NCBI GenBank assembly: GCA_965223545.1
Contig: OZ245006.1
Location: 6,976,001-7,040,000, forward strand
DNA: 64,000 nucleotides
Origin: Planctomycetota bacterium
Lineage (GTDB): Bacteria > Planctomycetota > UBA1135 > UBA2386
Direction: 5' to 3'
Positions 1-10,471 of the stretch are shown piece by piece. The first letter of the stretch is position 1; each line of letters opens with the position of its first letter. Both the position numbers and the translations under genes were made by a program. Below the pieces are notes generated by a model, which worked only from the letters and a program-made list of their open reading frames with translations, was not told where the DNA came from and searched no databases.

Positions 1-1
1 G

Positions 2-3000
2 GTCGAGGCCGACGGTGTCTACGACTGGGTCGAGGGGCGTTCGCCGAACGAGTGGCAGCTGTTCGGGCCGGCGCGCGGCACGATCCTCAACACACCGCTG
101 TGGCAGGCGAGCCGCGATCGCATTCTGGCGTTGGGCAGTGACTTGCTCACCGGTGGCATCGCCACGGCGGAGTTCGCCGACCTCGGCGCGGGGTATGCGT
201 GGCAGGATGTCGCCCAGCCCTTTACCGGTGCTGGGTTTGCGGTGTTCGCGCAGCTCGGCCACGACGTTGGTCGTGGCGAGTTCGTCATGGTCCTCACCGA
301 CTTCTCGGGCCACCAGACCTACGTTCTCGCCGATGGCGCACCGCCGGCCAGTCCGCCGGTGATCCAGAACGAGCCGCAGAGCTTGACCGTCTGTGAGGGC
401 GGCACGGCATCGTTTTCGGTGACCGCCAGCGGCGCCGCCCCGCTGGCGTACCAATGGCGCGTGGATGGGGCGCCGATCGCGGGGGCGACCGCATCGACAC
501 TCACGATCGACCCGGTCGCTCTGGCCGATGCGGGCGCCTACGACGTGGTCGTGACCAATCCAGACGGCAGCGCCACCAGTCAGGCAGCGCAGCTGACCGT
601 GCAGGCGTTGCCGCAGGCCGAGTTCGATGCGTTGGTGGCCATCAGTACCACTGGTCCGTCGGCGACCGCCATCTTCCGAGACCTGTCCACCGGGACGGTG
701 TCGAGCTGGCTCTGGGATTTTGGCGATGGCAACACGTCGACCGAGCAGAACCCGACGCACACCTACCAGACCAGCGGCACCTTCGACGTGTCGCTGACCG
801 TGTCGGGTTCCTGTGGAGCATCGACCGAGACCAAGGCCGGCTTCATCAACGTGCCGGCCCCACCGTCGCCCCTGATCCTGGACTTCTCCGTCTCGGACCC
901 GGTCGTCACCGACGGCGAAGCCATCACCCTGACGCACGACTTCTTCAATGGCTCGGGCGTGATCGACCAGGGCGTCGGACCGGTCTCCCCGGGGCAGACG
1001 CCGGGCGTGCTCCCACCGCCGAGTGCGACCACGGTCTACACGTTGACCGTGACCAATTCCGCTGGTGAGTCGGTGTCGGCGACCGCGCAGGTGACGTCGC
1101 ACGCGCCGCCGTCGATCACCAACTTGTCCGCGTCCGCCGCGGTGGTGACCAATGGCGATTCCGTCGATCTGCTGCCGGTGTTCAGCGATGGCAGCGGAGT
1201 GCTCGCCGGTGGTGGTTTGCCGCCGACCGTGGTGACCAGCGGTGTCGCGGTGAACGTCGTGCCCCTCGACGACGCGACCACCACCTACACCTTGACGGTG
1301 ACCAATCCGGCCGGCGCCACCGCGCAGGCCAGCGTCGACGTGCTGGCGGTCGCGCCGGCGGTGATCGACAGCTTCCTGGCGTCGCCACCCAGCGTGGTGA
1401 ACGGCGAGACCACGGACCTGATCGGGCGGTTCAGCGGCGGGGTCGGCGTCATCGAGCCGGGGACCCTGATCGCCAGCAGCGGAGTGCCGGTGACGGTGTT
1501 GCCGCCACCCGATGCCACCACGCTCTACGTGCTGACGGTGACCAACGCCGCCGGCGACTCGGTCATGGCGCCGGCGTACGTCACCTCGGCCGCCGGGCTG
1601 CCGGTGATCACCAACCAGCCGCTGAGCCAGACCGTCGCGCTCGGCGCCAACGTCACCTTCTCGGTCGTCGCCACTGGCAGCGGGTTGAGCTACCAGTGGT
1701 GCAAGGACGGCGTGCCCCTGGCGGGTGAAACGCAGAGCACGCTGTCGATTACCGCCGCCACCGCGGCCGACGCAGGGCGCTACCAAGTCAAGGTCAGCAA
1801 CTCTGCCGGCACCGTGGTGAGCGACGCCGCCGTGTTGACGGTCACCACCGGCTGTCCTGACTGCAATGGCCTCAGCGTGCGGATCGACACCGACCTGATC
1901 GCCGACTTCAGCACGTCGCCGCCGTCCTGGCAGGGTGATCCCGCCCTTGCGCCCTACGTGTCCTTCGACACCAGCGGGCCGACGCCGGAGTCGTGGAAGA
2001 TGATCATCGACACCGGCCGCCACCGGCTCGAGGTCGTCGATGCGGCGACGGTATCGACCGGGATGGTGGCGCAGAGCGGTCGCTGGGCGGCACCCGGTCT
2101 CGAGGTGCGCACTTCGTGCACGGTATACGTCGGTCCCGGCGCGGCGCTGCAGGTCGAGTCCCGCAGCGCCCAGGCCGGCGAGCTCCGCATCCTCGCCGAT
2201 GGCGACGTGCTGATCGACGGCGTCGTCAGCAATCGCGGGCGGGCCAACGCGGGTGCTTCCGGCCGGGTCATCGTCGCCTCGCGTTGCGGCGACGTGCGCA
2301 TCGGTCCGAGTGGGTTGGTCCACACCGGAGCCGGCAGCGACATCCACCTGCTGGCCGGCGGCGATCCGGTGGCCGGCCCCGGTGGCGATGTGGTCGTCGC
2401 CGGTTTGGTCGAAGCGGTCTACCACCGCGCGCCCGCTCCGGCGGTGCGCATCGCCGCCCTCGACGGTGGCCTGACGGTGATCGGCACCAACTTGCGCCAG
2501 GTCATCGTCCGCGGCCGGCGGATCACCACGTCGGGCGTTGTCGTGCGCGCGTCGCGCAGCACGGCGGCCGCCGCCGGGCGCATCGAGCTGCAGGCGCAGG
2601 GCGACCTTGCGGTGGTCGGCAATACCGTGCAGCACTTCGCCTACCCCAACCCGGGGGCGGTGGGCATCAAGCTGCCGGGGTTGCACGGTGGCGGCGTCAT
2701 CGATGCGCGCTCCATCGGCGGTCGCATCCTGGCGGTGGACCGCGCGTTCGACAACGTCAACCACGACAACGGTGCCGCACTCAACCGCTTGTGGGCGGCC
2801 GGCGACGTGCACCTGTTGGTCAGCGGCGTGCCGAACAGCTCACCGCGGCCGGGCAAGGCGGCATACCGCATGCCGGTCGTCGACGTCAGCACGGTCGGCA
2901 ACGCCAGCGCCGGCACCAACGAGCTGCGCTCGTTCGGCGGCCAGGTCGCGCTCGTGGGGCGTGACACGATGGTCTTGGCGACCACGTGGAGCCCGATCGG

Positions 3001-3163
3001 CACGCCGGGCATCAACCTGCTGACGTCTTGCCTCGGGGTCGTCAACGGCGGCATCGTGCTGCCCGCCGACGCGTTCACCGCCGATGATTCCGGCGTCTGC
3101 GCGCCACCCGCTCCGCCGCCGCTTATTAGTGGCGCAACCGCCTTGGGCGTAGTCTGGCCCTGA
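2..3163 (+). CDS. Large extracellular protein with Ig-like, PKD and repeated beta-sandwich domains (5'-truncated by window)
   Basis: Frame is open from base 2. Two Ig-like motifs (SFSVTASG..LAYQW..DAGAYDVVVTN; FSVVATG..LSYQW..DAGRYQVKVSN), a PKD motif (SWLWDFGDG..EQNPTHTY) and three TTxYxLTVTNxAG repeats. Confidence 0.8.
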   Translation, partial: VEADGVYDWVEGRSPNEWQLFGPARGTILNTPLWQASRDRILALGSDLLTGGIATAEFADLGAGYAWQDVAQPFTGAGFAVFAQLGHDVGRGEFVMVLTDFSGHQTYVLADGAPPASPPVIQNEPQSLTVCEGGTASFSVTASGAAPLAYQWRVDGAPIAGATASTLTIDPVALADAGAYDVVVTNPDGSATSQAAQLTVQALPQAEFDALVAISTTGPSATAIFRDLSTGTVSSWLWDFGDGNTSTEQNPTHTYQTSGTFDVSLTVSGSCGASTETKAGFINVPAPPSPLILDFSVSDPVVTDGEAITLTHDFFNGSGVIDQGVGPVSPGQTPGVLPPPSATTVYTLTVTNSAGESVSATAQVTSHAPPSITNLSASAAVVTNGDSVDLLPVFSDGSGVLAGGGLPPTVVTSGVAVNVVPLDDATTTYTLTVTNPAGATAQASVDVLAVAPAVIDSFLASPPSVVNGETTDLIGRFSGGVGVIEPGTLIASSGVPVTVLPPPDATTLYVLTVTNAAGDSVMAPAYVTSAAGLPVITNQPLSQTVALGANVTFSVVATGSGLSYQWCKDGVPLAGETQSTLSITAATAADAGRYQVKVSNSAGTVVSDAAVLTVTTGCPDCNGLSVRIDTDLIADFSTSPPSWQGDPALAPYVSFDTSGPTPESWKMIIDTGRHRLEVVDAATVSTGMVAQSGRWAAPGLEVRTSCTVYVGPGAALQVESRSAQAGELRILADGDVLIDGVVSNRGRANAGASGRVIVASRCGDVRIGPSGLVHTGAGSDIHLLAGGDPVAGPGGDVVVAGLVEAVYHRAPAPAVRIAALDGGLTVIGTNLRQVIVRGRRITTSGVVVRASRSTAAAAGRIELQAQGDLAVVGNTVQHFAYPNPGAVGIKLPGLHGGGVIDARSIGGRILAVDRAFDNVNHDNGAALNRLWAAGDVHLLVSGVPNSSPRPGKAAYRMPVVDVSTVGNASAGTNELRSFGGQVALVGRDTMVLATTWSPIGTPGINLLTSCLGVVNGGIVLPADAFTADDSGVCAPPAPPPLISGATALGVVWP

Positions 3164-3525
3164 AAGTACCGAGTCAGGCTCGATTTTCTCGCTTCGGCGC
3201 GCCGCCCAGGGGGAGCGCAAGCGAGGAGGTCAGACCCGCGGTGGGTCGGTGAGAGTGCGCCACCGCGGGCGCGCCGGTTCGGTATCGGTCCGCGGCGGAG
3301 CCTTCTGCGGCTTGTCCGCCGCTGGCTGACGTTGTGGCGGAGGGGGATTGGCAACGCGCGGATCGGGCGCGGATCTGGGTTCGGACATGACTTCTCCTTG
3401 GTCGCCCCGGTGCTCGACCGGGGCCGCCGGCACGGTAGCGCGGGCGTGGAGTCGGGGCAAGCTCCAGAGTTTCGGGGCGGCGGTCGCGAAGCGGAAAGAC
3501 CGAGCCTGACTCGGTACGTTCGGGG
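3158..3525. mobile_element. MITE/REP-like element with long imperfect terminal inverted repeats
   Basis: GTACCGAGTCAGGCTCG (3166-3182) is the exact reverse complement of 3501-3517; imperfect similarity extends to ~50 bp; intergenic. Confidence 0.55.
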
Positions 3526-3572
3526 AGGGCTAAGATGGTGGTGGTCTTCAACCGCTGCAAGGAGCGGATCGC

Positions 3573-4397
3573 ATGCGCCGCACACACCGACGAACCTCTG
3601 GCTACGACTCCGCTCGCCTCGCGCGCGGGGCCGTCTTTGCTGTGCTCTTGCTGGCGGGCGCGGCGCCGCGGGCGCAGGAGGAGCCGCCGGCGCCGACGGA
3701 CGCCGAGGCAAAGGCCGAGACGCTGTTCTATCGCGCGTTCTTCGCCTACCGCGGTGAGCGGCGCTACGACGAGGCTCTGCGGCTGTATCGCGAGTTCCTC
3801 GCGGCGGCGCCCGAGCATCGCCACGCGGTGCGCGCGGCGCGCGACGTGCTGACCATCCTGACCCGGCGTGGCGACAGCGGCGCCGCCGAGGAGGCCCGCG
3901 GAGCGTATGCCTCGATCCTCGTCGACCCGGCCGCGGCCGAACGCGCCGAACGCCGTCGCCGTGGTGTGGACGACGCCAGTGACGAAAGCGAAGCCGAGGC
4001 CGAGGCCGATCCGGCCGGCGGCGAGGAGGAGAAGGGGGGCGAAGGCGCCGAGGCGCAACCCAAGGGCCAAAACGAGGAACCCGCGAACGTCGAGCAGGGC
4101 GCGGAGCCGGCGCCGCCGCGCGGTGGCACTGGCGAGCGCCGGGGCCGGGGCTTCGGCCGGCTCGACTTCAGCCAGGCGAGCGACGCCGAGATCGACGCGC
4201 ACATGCAGCGGATGGGGGAGTTCGTGCCGCGCGCCGTCGAGCGGCTGCGGGACGCCGGCGAGGACGAGACCGCGGCCGCCGCCGAAAAGGCGTGGCAGGA
4301 GTTGCAGGAGGCGGTCGAGGGCGGGGACAAGGCGGCGGCGCAGGCGGCCATGCAGACGCTGTCGCGCAACCTCCGCCGGCGCCGCGGCGCGCAGTGA
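3573..4397 (+). CDS. Exported hypothetical protein with TPR-like helices and acidic linker
   Basis: Signal-peptide-like segment, TPR-like YDEALRLYREFLAAAPEH, stop overlaps next start (GTGA). Confidence 0.6.
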   Translation: MRRTHRRTSGYDSARLARGAVFAVLLLAGAAPRAQEEPPAPTDAEAKAETLFYRAFFAYRGERRYDEALRLYREFLAAAPEHRHAVRAARDVLTILTRRGDSGAAEEARGAYASILVDPAAAERAERRRRGVDDASDESEAEAEADPAGGEEEKGGEGAEAQPKGQNEEPANVEQGAEPAPPRGGTGERRGRGFGRLDFSQASDAEIDAHMQRMGEFVPRAVERLRDAGEDETAAAAEKAWQELQEAVEGGDKAAAQAAMQTLSRNLRRRRGAQ

Positions 4398-5989
4398 CTC
4401 GGCGTCGGTCTGCGGCGGCGCGTCGGACGCCCGATCCGGTGCGCCTGGAGGTGTTTCACCATCTGCTCGCCGCGCTGTGCGAGGAGGCGGGCGCCCTGCT
4501 GCGCCGCAGCGCGATCAGCCCCAACATCCGCGCTCGCCGCGACTACTCCTTCGCTCTGTTCGACGCGAACGCGCGCCTGGTGGCACAGGCGGCGCACATT
4601 CCCGTGCACCTCGGCAGTGCGCGCGAAGCCGTGCTGGCGGCGCAGCGCGCCCACGCTCTCCGGCGCGGCGACGTCGTGCTGCTCAACGACCCGTTCGCCG
4701 GCGGCACGCATTTGCCCGACTTGACGCTGGTGCGGCCGGTGTTCGTCGGCCGCGGCGCGCGGCCCCGCTACTTCGCCGTCTGCCGCGCGCACCACGCCGA
4801 CGTCGGCGGCGCGACGCCGGGATCGATGGGAGTCGCCACCGAGCTGTTGGCTGAAGGCTTGGTGTTGCCCCCCGTCCTGATTCGCGCCGGGGGTGAGCCA
4901 GTGCGCGACGTGCTGTCGATGATCGCCGCCAACGTGCGCGGCGCGGCCGAGCGCATGGTCGACCTGCAGGCGCAGGAGGCGGCACTGTTGTTGGCGGAGC
5001 GGCGGCTCCTCGGCCTGATCGAGGAACACGGCGCGCGGACGGTCGAGGACTACTGTGGCTTCTTGATGGACTACACCGAGCGGCTGGTGGCGCACCGCCT
5101 CGCCGCCCTGCCGGCCGGCAGACATCGCGCGCGGGACGCGCTCGACGACGATGGAATGGGCGGCGGGCCGCTGCCCGTGTGCGTCACCGTCGAGATCGGC
5201 GACGGCCGCGTGGTGTGCGATTTTGCCGGCACCGCGCCGCAGGCGCGTGCCGGAGTCAACGCCAACCCGGGCATCGCACTGGCGGCGTGCCTCTACGTCG
5301 TGCGGGCGCTCTGCGGCGAGCGGGTGCCGACCAACGACGGTCTGTACCGGCGCGTGCTGCTGCGCACTCCGCCGGGATCGCTCGTCGACCCGAACCCCCC
5401 GGCGCCGGTTGCCGGCGGCAACGTCGAGACCAGCCAACGCCTGGTCGACGTCGTCATCCGCGCGTTCGCGCGCGCCTGTCCGCGGTTGTTGCCCGCTGCC
5501 TCGGCGGGCACCATGAGCAATCTGTCGATCGGCGGCGTCGACGGCGCTGGGAGGGAGTTCGCGTTCTACGAGACGCTGCCCGGCGGCGCGGGCGCCGCCG
5601 CCGCGCGAGCCGGCGTCTCCGCCGTGCAGACCCACATGACCAACACCGCGAACACGCCCGTCGAGGAACTGGAACACCGGTTGCCGCTGCGCGTCCGTCG
5701 CCTGACGGTGCGCCGCGGCTCGGGCGGGAGCGGCCGGCACCGCGGTGGTGACGGCTTGATCAAGGAGCTCGAGGTCGTGCGCGGTGAAATGACCTGCACC
5801 TTGCTGGCAGAGCGCCACACGAGCGCGCCGCAAGGCCTGGGCGGCGGCGGCGCGGCGCGGCCTGGAGCGGCGTTCTTGACCCGAGGTGGCCGGCGCCGGC
5901 GGGTGCCGGCAAAAAGCACCCACACCCTCGGCCCGGGTGATGTCGTCCTGGTCGAGACGCCGGGTGGAGGCGGCTGGGGGCGGGCTTGA
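4394..5989 (+). CDS. Hydantoinase B/oxoprolinase family protein
   Basis: SPNIR..RDYS, HIPVHLG, NDPFAGGTHLPD, HHADVGG, HMTNTANTPVE, ETPGGGGWG motifs. Confidence 0.92.
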   Translation: MTRRRSAAARRTPDPVRLEVFHHLLAALCEEAGALLRRSAISPNIRARRDYSFALFDANARLVAQAAHIPVHLGSAREAVLAAQRAHALRRGDVVLLNDPFAGGTHLPDLTLVRPVFVGRGARPRYFAVCRAHHADVGGATPGSMGVATELLAEGLVLPPVLIRAGGEPVRDVLSMIAANVRGAAERMVDLQAQEAALLLAERRLLGLIEEHGARTVEDYCGFLMDYTERLVAHRLAALPAGRHRARDALDDDGMGGGPLPVCVTVEIGDGRVVCDFAGTAPQARAGVNANPGIALAACLYVVRALCGERVPTNDGLYRRVLLRTPPGSLVDPNPPAPVAGGNVETSQRLVDVVIRAFARACPRLLPAASAGTMSNLSIGGVDGAGREFAFYETLPGGAGAAAARAGVSAVQTHMTNTANTPVEELEHRLPLRVRRLTVRRGSGGSGRHRGGDGLIKELEVVRGEMTCTLLAERHTSAPQGLGGGGAARPGAAFLTRGGRRRRVPAKSTHTLGPGDVVLVETPGGGGWGRA

Positions 5990-6396
5990 ACAGGCGCGAC
6001 GGACGGTGGCCGGGTGGGATCGCGCTCGCCGTGGGCGTGCTGTTGACAACCTGTACACTGCCCTATCAGCCGGCGGTGGCGCAGCTCGACGGCGAGCCGG
6101 AGCGGGTGTTCGCGCGCGCGCTCGACGCGGTGCGGCTGCGCTACGGCCGCGTCGCGCGCGCCGAGTCGCGCCCTCTGCGGGTGCAGTCCGCGTGGGCGCC
6201 ACACGCTCGCGGCACCGCGGTCGGCGAGCGCCGCGCCACCGTGTTCCAGCACGCGCCGGGCGCCCTCGGTGTGGTGGTCGAGACGCGCTACCTCGAGCTG
6301 GGCTTCGATGGGCTGCCGCGGTGGGGCACCGTGCGCGCCGATCGCGGTCTCGAGGGCGAGCTGGTGGAGGCACTCGAGCAGGAGGTTCCGCGTTGA
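5986..6396 (+). CDS. Hypothetical protein, possible lipoprotein
   Basis: Coupled to upstream stop; hydrophobic N-terminus ending LLTTC. Confidence 0.55.
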   Translation: MNRRDGRWPGGIALAVGVLLTTCTLPYQPAVAQLDGEPERVFARALDAVRLRYGRVARAESRPLRVQSAWAPHARGTAVGERRATVFQHAPGALGVVVETRYLELGFDGLPRWGTVRADRGLEGELVEALEQEVPR

Positions 6397-6431
6397 ACGG
6401 TCGGTGCCGCCGGGCTCAAGTCTCCCATAGC

Positions 6432-7451
6432 GTGGAGCCGATCCCTGAGTCGCAGCCCGTGACCACCAACACCGAGCTTTCGCCGGCGGTCGGTTCGACC
6501 GCCGCGCCCGGCGGCGCGGCCGCCGCCGGGGCGTCGCCGGCGCCGCTGTTCAGCTTTGGCGTCCCGGTGCGGAATGCAGCCGCGTATCTCCCCCGGCTGC
6601 TCGACTCGCTGCTGGCGCAGACCGTCGCCGACCTGGAGGTGGTGCTCAGCGACAACTGCTCGGATGACGGCACCGTCGCCGTCTGCGAGGAGTACGCGCG
6701 GCGCGACCCGCGCGTGCGCCTGCATCGCAACAGCGAGGATCTGGGTCAGATCGCCAACTTCAACCGGACCGTGGAGCTGGCGCGCGGTCGCTATTTCCGG
6801 TGGATCGGGGCCGACGACTGGCTCGAGCCGACCTACATCGAAGCCTGCGTCGGCTGCTTTCGAGAGCATCCCGACGCGGTCGGCATCACGACCTTCCAAG
6901 ACCACGTCGACGATCAGGGGCGCACCCTGTACGCCGAGTACCGCGGCGAGCGGCTGGCGTCGAAGGACCTCGGGCAGCGGTTCAGCCGCATGCTGTGGGC
7001 GTTCACTGCCAACTACCTCTACTTCGATCCGATCTACAGCGCGATGCGGCGCGAGGTGTTGATGCGTTCGCGCCGGCTGCAGATCGTCCCGAACATGGAC
7101 CAAGTGCTGGCTGCCGAGCTGATCACGGTGGGGCCGTTCGAGCACGTGCCGCAGTGTCTGTCGCACCGGCGGCGGCAGAACGAAGTGGAGGACGAGCAGG
7201 TCTATCGCCGCTACGCCAAGGGCCGCCACAGTGAGCTCGACCCGACCACCTGGCGCCTGCTGCGGGCGTTTTCGCCGTTGCCGTGGCGCGTCGAGGCGAC
7301 CGTGGGGCAGCGACTCCGCTGTCTGTCGGCCGTTGCGCGTCACGTCATCGTCACGGCGTGCCGCCGCTGGCTGACGCGGATGCGGCGATGGGGCCGGCCG
7401 GCAAAGGCGTTCGTGCGCCGGCTGGGCGGCGGCACCACGAACTCGGCGTGA
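6432..7451 (+). CDS. Glycosyltransferase family 2
   Basis: GVPVRNAAAYL..LDSLLAQT..SDNCSDDGT, WIGADD; start uncertain (6432 or 6459). Confidence 0.88.
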   Translation: MEPIPESQPVTTNTELSPAVGSTAAPGGAAAAGASPAPLFSFGVPVRNAAAYLPRLLDSLLAQTVADLEVVLSDNCSDDGTVAVCEEYARRDPRVRLHRNSEDLGQIANFNRTVELARGRYFRWIGADDWLEPTYIEACVGCFREHPDAVGITTFQDHVDDQGRTLYAEYRGERLASKDLGQRFSRMLWAFTANYLYFDPIYSAMRREVLMRSRRLQIVPNMDQVLAAELITVGPFEHVPQCLSHRRRQNEVEDEQVYRRYAKGRHSELDPTTWRLLRAFSPLPWRVEATVGQRLRCLSAVARHVIVTACRRWLTRMRRWGRPAKAFVRRLGGGTTNSA

Positions 7452-7551
7452 TCGTCGCCCCCGGGTGCGATCGCATCGGTGGGGTAGGATGTTCGGGGAA
7501 CCCCGCTGCGCGTCGCGGGCGTCGAGTCCGTGCGCCCCGCCGCCGCCAACC

Positions 7552-9117
7552 ATGACCGCATCTCCGTCCAAACCGCAGCTGAGAAGCACTGCCGAGAGGA
7601 CCGGGCCAGCCCCGCCGGCGCCGGCCGGCGGCACGGTCCGGCCGGCCGGCTTCGAAACGCGGCAACAGGTCGGCCGTGCCGTCCTGCTGGCGGTCGATGC
7701 CGCGGTCATCGTCGCGGCGTTGGTGGCGGCGTACGGCGTCCGCTTCTGGTTGGGCCTCGGCGAAGCGCCAGGCAGTCAGGTGCGGCTGCAGGAGTATCTC
7801 AAGCTCACCGTGCTGCTGGTGCCCGGCATTCTGTTGTTGTGCCAGAGCTGGAGCCTCTACCGATTGGCGAGCCGGCACTCCGCCGTCGAAGAGGCCGCCG
7901 TCGTGGTGCGGGCGGTCAGTGCCGCCACTGCTCTGGTCTTGGCGCTGACTTTCTTCTATCGCGAGTTCTCGTACTCGCGGCTCGTGTTCGCGGTGTTCTG
8001 GCCGCTGTGCATCGGCGGCATGGTGCTCGCCCAGCTCGGGTTTCGCCACTGGCAGCTGCGGCGCTACAGCCGGGGGTGCGATCTGCGCCGCACGGTGGTG
8101 ATCGGGCGCGCACCGTCCTATCTCGCCCAGAGGTTGGCGACCGAGCCGGTCTTCGGCCTGCAGGTCGTCGGTTGCGTCGCGCCTCCGCCGCGCGGCCCCG
8201 AATCGCGTGCGCTGCAGCTCGTCGACTCCGCGCGCGGCGGGCGGCGGCCGCCGGCTGCCGGCGGTGACATGCCGGAGCTGGGCGGCCTCGCGGCGCTCGA
8301 CGAAGTCCTCGCGGAGCACGCCGTCGAAGAGGTCGTGGTCCTGGACCAGGAGCTCGACCACGCCGACCTGCTGCACGTGATCGACACGTGCGAGCGCCGC
8401 GGGGTGCGGGTTCGGATGATCCCGGCGATCTACGACCTGTTCGTGCAACCGGGCGACTTCAGCTACGTGCACGGCGTGCCGTTGCTGCGCGTCGACGAAC
8501 GGCGCTACCTGTGGTTGATGCGGCTGATCAAGCGGTGCTTCGACATGATCGTGTCGGGAGTCCTGCTCGTGCTCCTGCTGCCGGTGATGGCGTTGATCTG
8601 GCTGGTGATTCGACTCGATTCGCCGGGCCCCGCCCTGTTCGTGCAGCGCCGGGCCGGCGAGCACGGCCGACCGTTCACCATGCTCAAGTTCCGCACCATG
8701 GCGGTGGACGCGGAGCAGCGTCTGCACGAGGTGGTCGACGTGGGGGGCTTGGCACAGCCGGTGTTCAAGATCGAGCGCGACCCGCGCGTGACCAGGGTCG
8801 GCCGCTGGCTGCGGCGTTCCTCGCTCGACGAGCTGCCCCAGCTGATCAACGTGCTGCGCGGAGAGATGAGCCTGGTCGGCCCCCGCCCCGAAGAACTGTC
8901 CATGGCGGCCCGCTACGACGTCTGGCAGCGGCGGCGGTTGAAGGTCAAGCCGGGCATCACCGGTCTGCAGCAGGTCGAGGCGCGCGGAACTCTCAGCGAT
9001 CTCAACGATCGGGTGCGGCTCGACGTCTACTACATCCGCAAGCAGAGTCTGTTGCTCGACGTCGTGATTCTGGCGCGCACCGTTTGGGCGGTGCTGCGCG
9101 GCCACGGCGCCGCCTGA
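7552..9117 (+). CDS. Polyprenyl-phosphate sugar phosphotransferase (WcaJ/WbaP-like)
   Basis: N-terminal TM helices; KRCFD, KFRTM, DPRVTRVGRWLRRSSLDELPQL, MSLVGPRP, KPGITG. Confidence 0.92.
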   Translation: MTASPSKPQLRSTAERTGPAPPAPAGGTVRPAGFETRQQVGRAVLLAVDAAVIVAALVAAYGVRFWLGLGEAPGSQVRLQEYLKLTVLLVPGILLLCQSWSLYRLASRHSAVEEAAVVVRAVSAATALVLALTFFYREFSYSRLVFAVFWPLCIGGMVLAQLGFRHWQLRRYSRGCDLRRTVVIGRAPSYLAQRLATEPVFGLQVVGCVAPPPRGPESRALQLVDSARGGRRPPAAGGDMPELGGLAALDEVLAEHAVEEVVVLDQELDHADLLHVIDTCERRGVRVRMIPAIYDLFVQPGDFSYVHGVPLLRVDERRYLWLMRLIKRCFDMIVSGVLLVLLLPVMALIWLVIRLDSPGPALFVQRRAGEHGRPFTMLKFRTMAVDAEQRLHEVVDVGGLAQPVFKIERDPRVTRVGRWLRRSSLDELPQLINVLRGEMSLVGPRPEELSMAARYDVWQRRRLKVKPGITGLQQVEARGTLSDLNDRVRLDVYYIRKQSLLLDVVILARTVWAVLRGHGAA

Positions 9118-9176
9118 CGCGGCGGGTTTGCTCCCGCGGCGCGGCCACCGGCGAAGGGGCTTCGCGCCGGGCACGT

Positions 9177-10218
9177 TCAGCCGCACCCACCTAGTGCTGA
9201 CAGCGACTGCCTGAGTCGAGATTCGCCGGGCTGGCGCCGCGCGGCGCGGCGCAGCAGCTGCTCGGCGCGTCGTGGTTGTTCGCGGGCCTCGAGCAGCCGG
9301 GCCCGTGCCAGCGTCAAGCGCACGTGTTCGACCGGCGTGCGGCGCGCGTGCAGCAGAGTGGCCGCAGCGCGCGACAACGCGCCGGTCGCGACCGCGCACT
9401 CGAAGCGCCAGAGCACCACCGCCGGGTGGTCGGGCGCCAAGGCGCGCGCCGCGTCGAGCACCGCATCCGGATCGAGCGCCTCGGCGTCGATGCCATAGCG
9501 GGCGAAGCGGACCAGGGCGCTGCGCAGCGCCGGATCCATGGGCCGCACGCCGAGGCGGCGCTTGATGGCGCGCAGCCGGCGCAGGCGCCCGCGCGGGTCG
9601 GGACGCCGGCGGATCGGCTCGTCGTGCACAGCGACCAGCCCGCGGTCGCGCAGCAGGTCAGCCGCCAAGCCGACCAGCGTCTCGACCGCGCGCGAACGCC
9701 AGAACGCGAGAAAGTCCGGGCCGTGACCGAGGGCGCCGGCCAGTCTCGACCAAGTGCGGCGCAGGTTGCGCTGCGAGACCCCGAGAGTGCGGCTGGTCTC
9801 GCCGATGTTGATGCGGCCGTTCTTCAGCCGTGACGATGCCCAGATCAAGCGCTGCGCGATGGCTCGGTCATCGGCCGAGAGCTCGTCCAGCGCGGCTTCG
9901 TGGTCCCGCGGTTGCGGCTCTTCGAGCGCATCGACGGTGGCGCCGGCCGCGCGTTGGCCGTAGCCGCGCACGCGCAAACGGTAGTGGCCGTGCTCGATCA
10001 GCCGCGCCCACCGGGCGAATCGCGCGCGGCCGTCGAGCGCGGTGATGATGCTGCCGTTCTCCAGGCAGTCGACGGTCAGGTCTTGCCGGAGGTCGTCGAC
10101 GACGTCGGCGTGGCGGGCGGGATCGAGTCCCTTCCAACACTGCAGCCGCCCGCAGGATCGCGGGTAGACCGCGCGCCAAGAACTCCTCCAGATACTCCAG
10201 TGCGGTGGGGCTGCTCAT
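9177..10218 (-). pseudogene. Divergent ECF-sigma-factor-like protein with C-terminal TPR-like extension, split by a 1-nt frameshift
   Basis: Removing one base of the C-run at 10149-10151 joins ATG 10218 to the 9177-9977 frame (346 aa). Sigma2-like HADVVDDLRQDL..RFARWARLI and sigma4-like ALDELSADDRAI..IGETSRTLGVSQRNL. Confidence 0.55.
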
Positions 10219-10471
10219 CGCCGACCGAGACGGGTGTGGCCAAGGACGCGCCGGGCTCGCGCAGCGCCGCCCTGCGCGCGGGTGCCTCGCACCGCCGACT
10301 CTCCTCCACCTTCATTGAACTCAGCCCTGGCGTTTGTCGCAGCAATCATGCGAATTCTTTTCGCCACGCGTCCGCCAAACGGTACGCCTAGACGTGCATT
10401 CCGATGTCGGTGCGGGGCGGCCGTTCGCCACCGGATCGGCGCGCCGACCTCAGCCACATCCGCTGCATACC

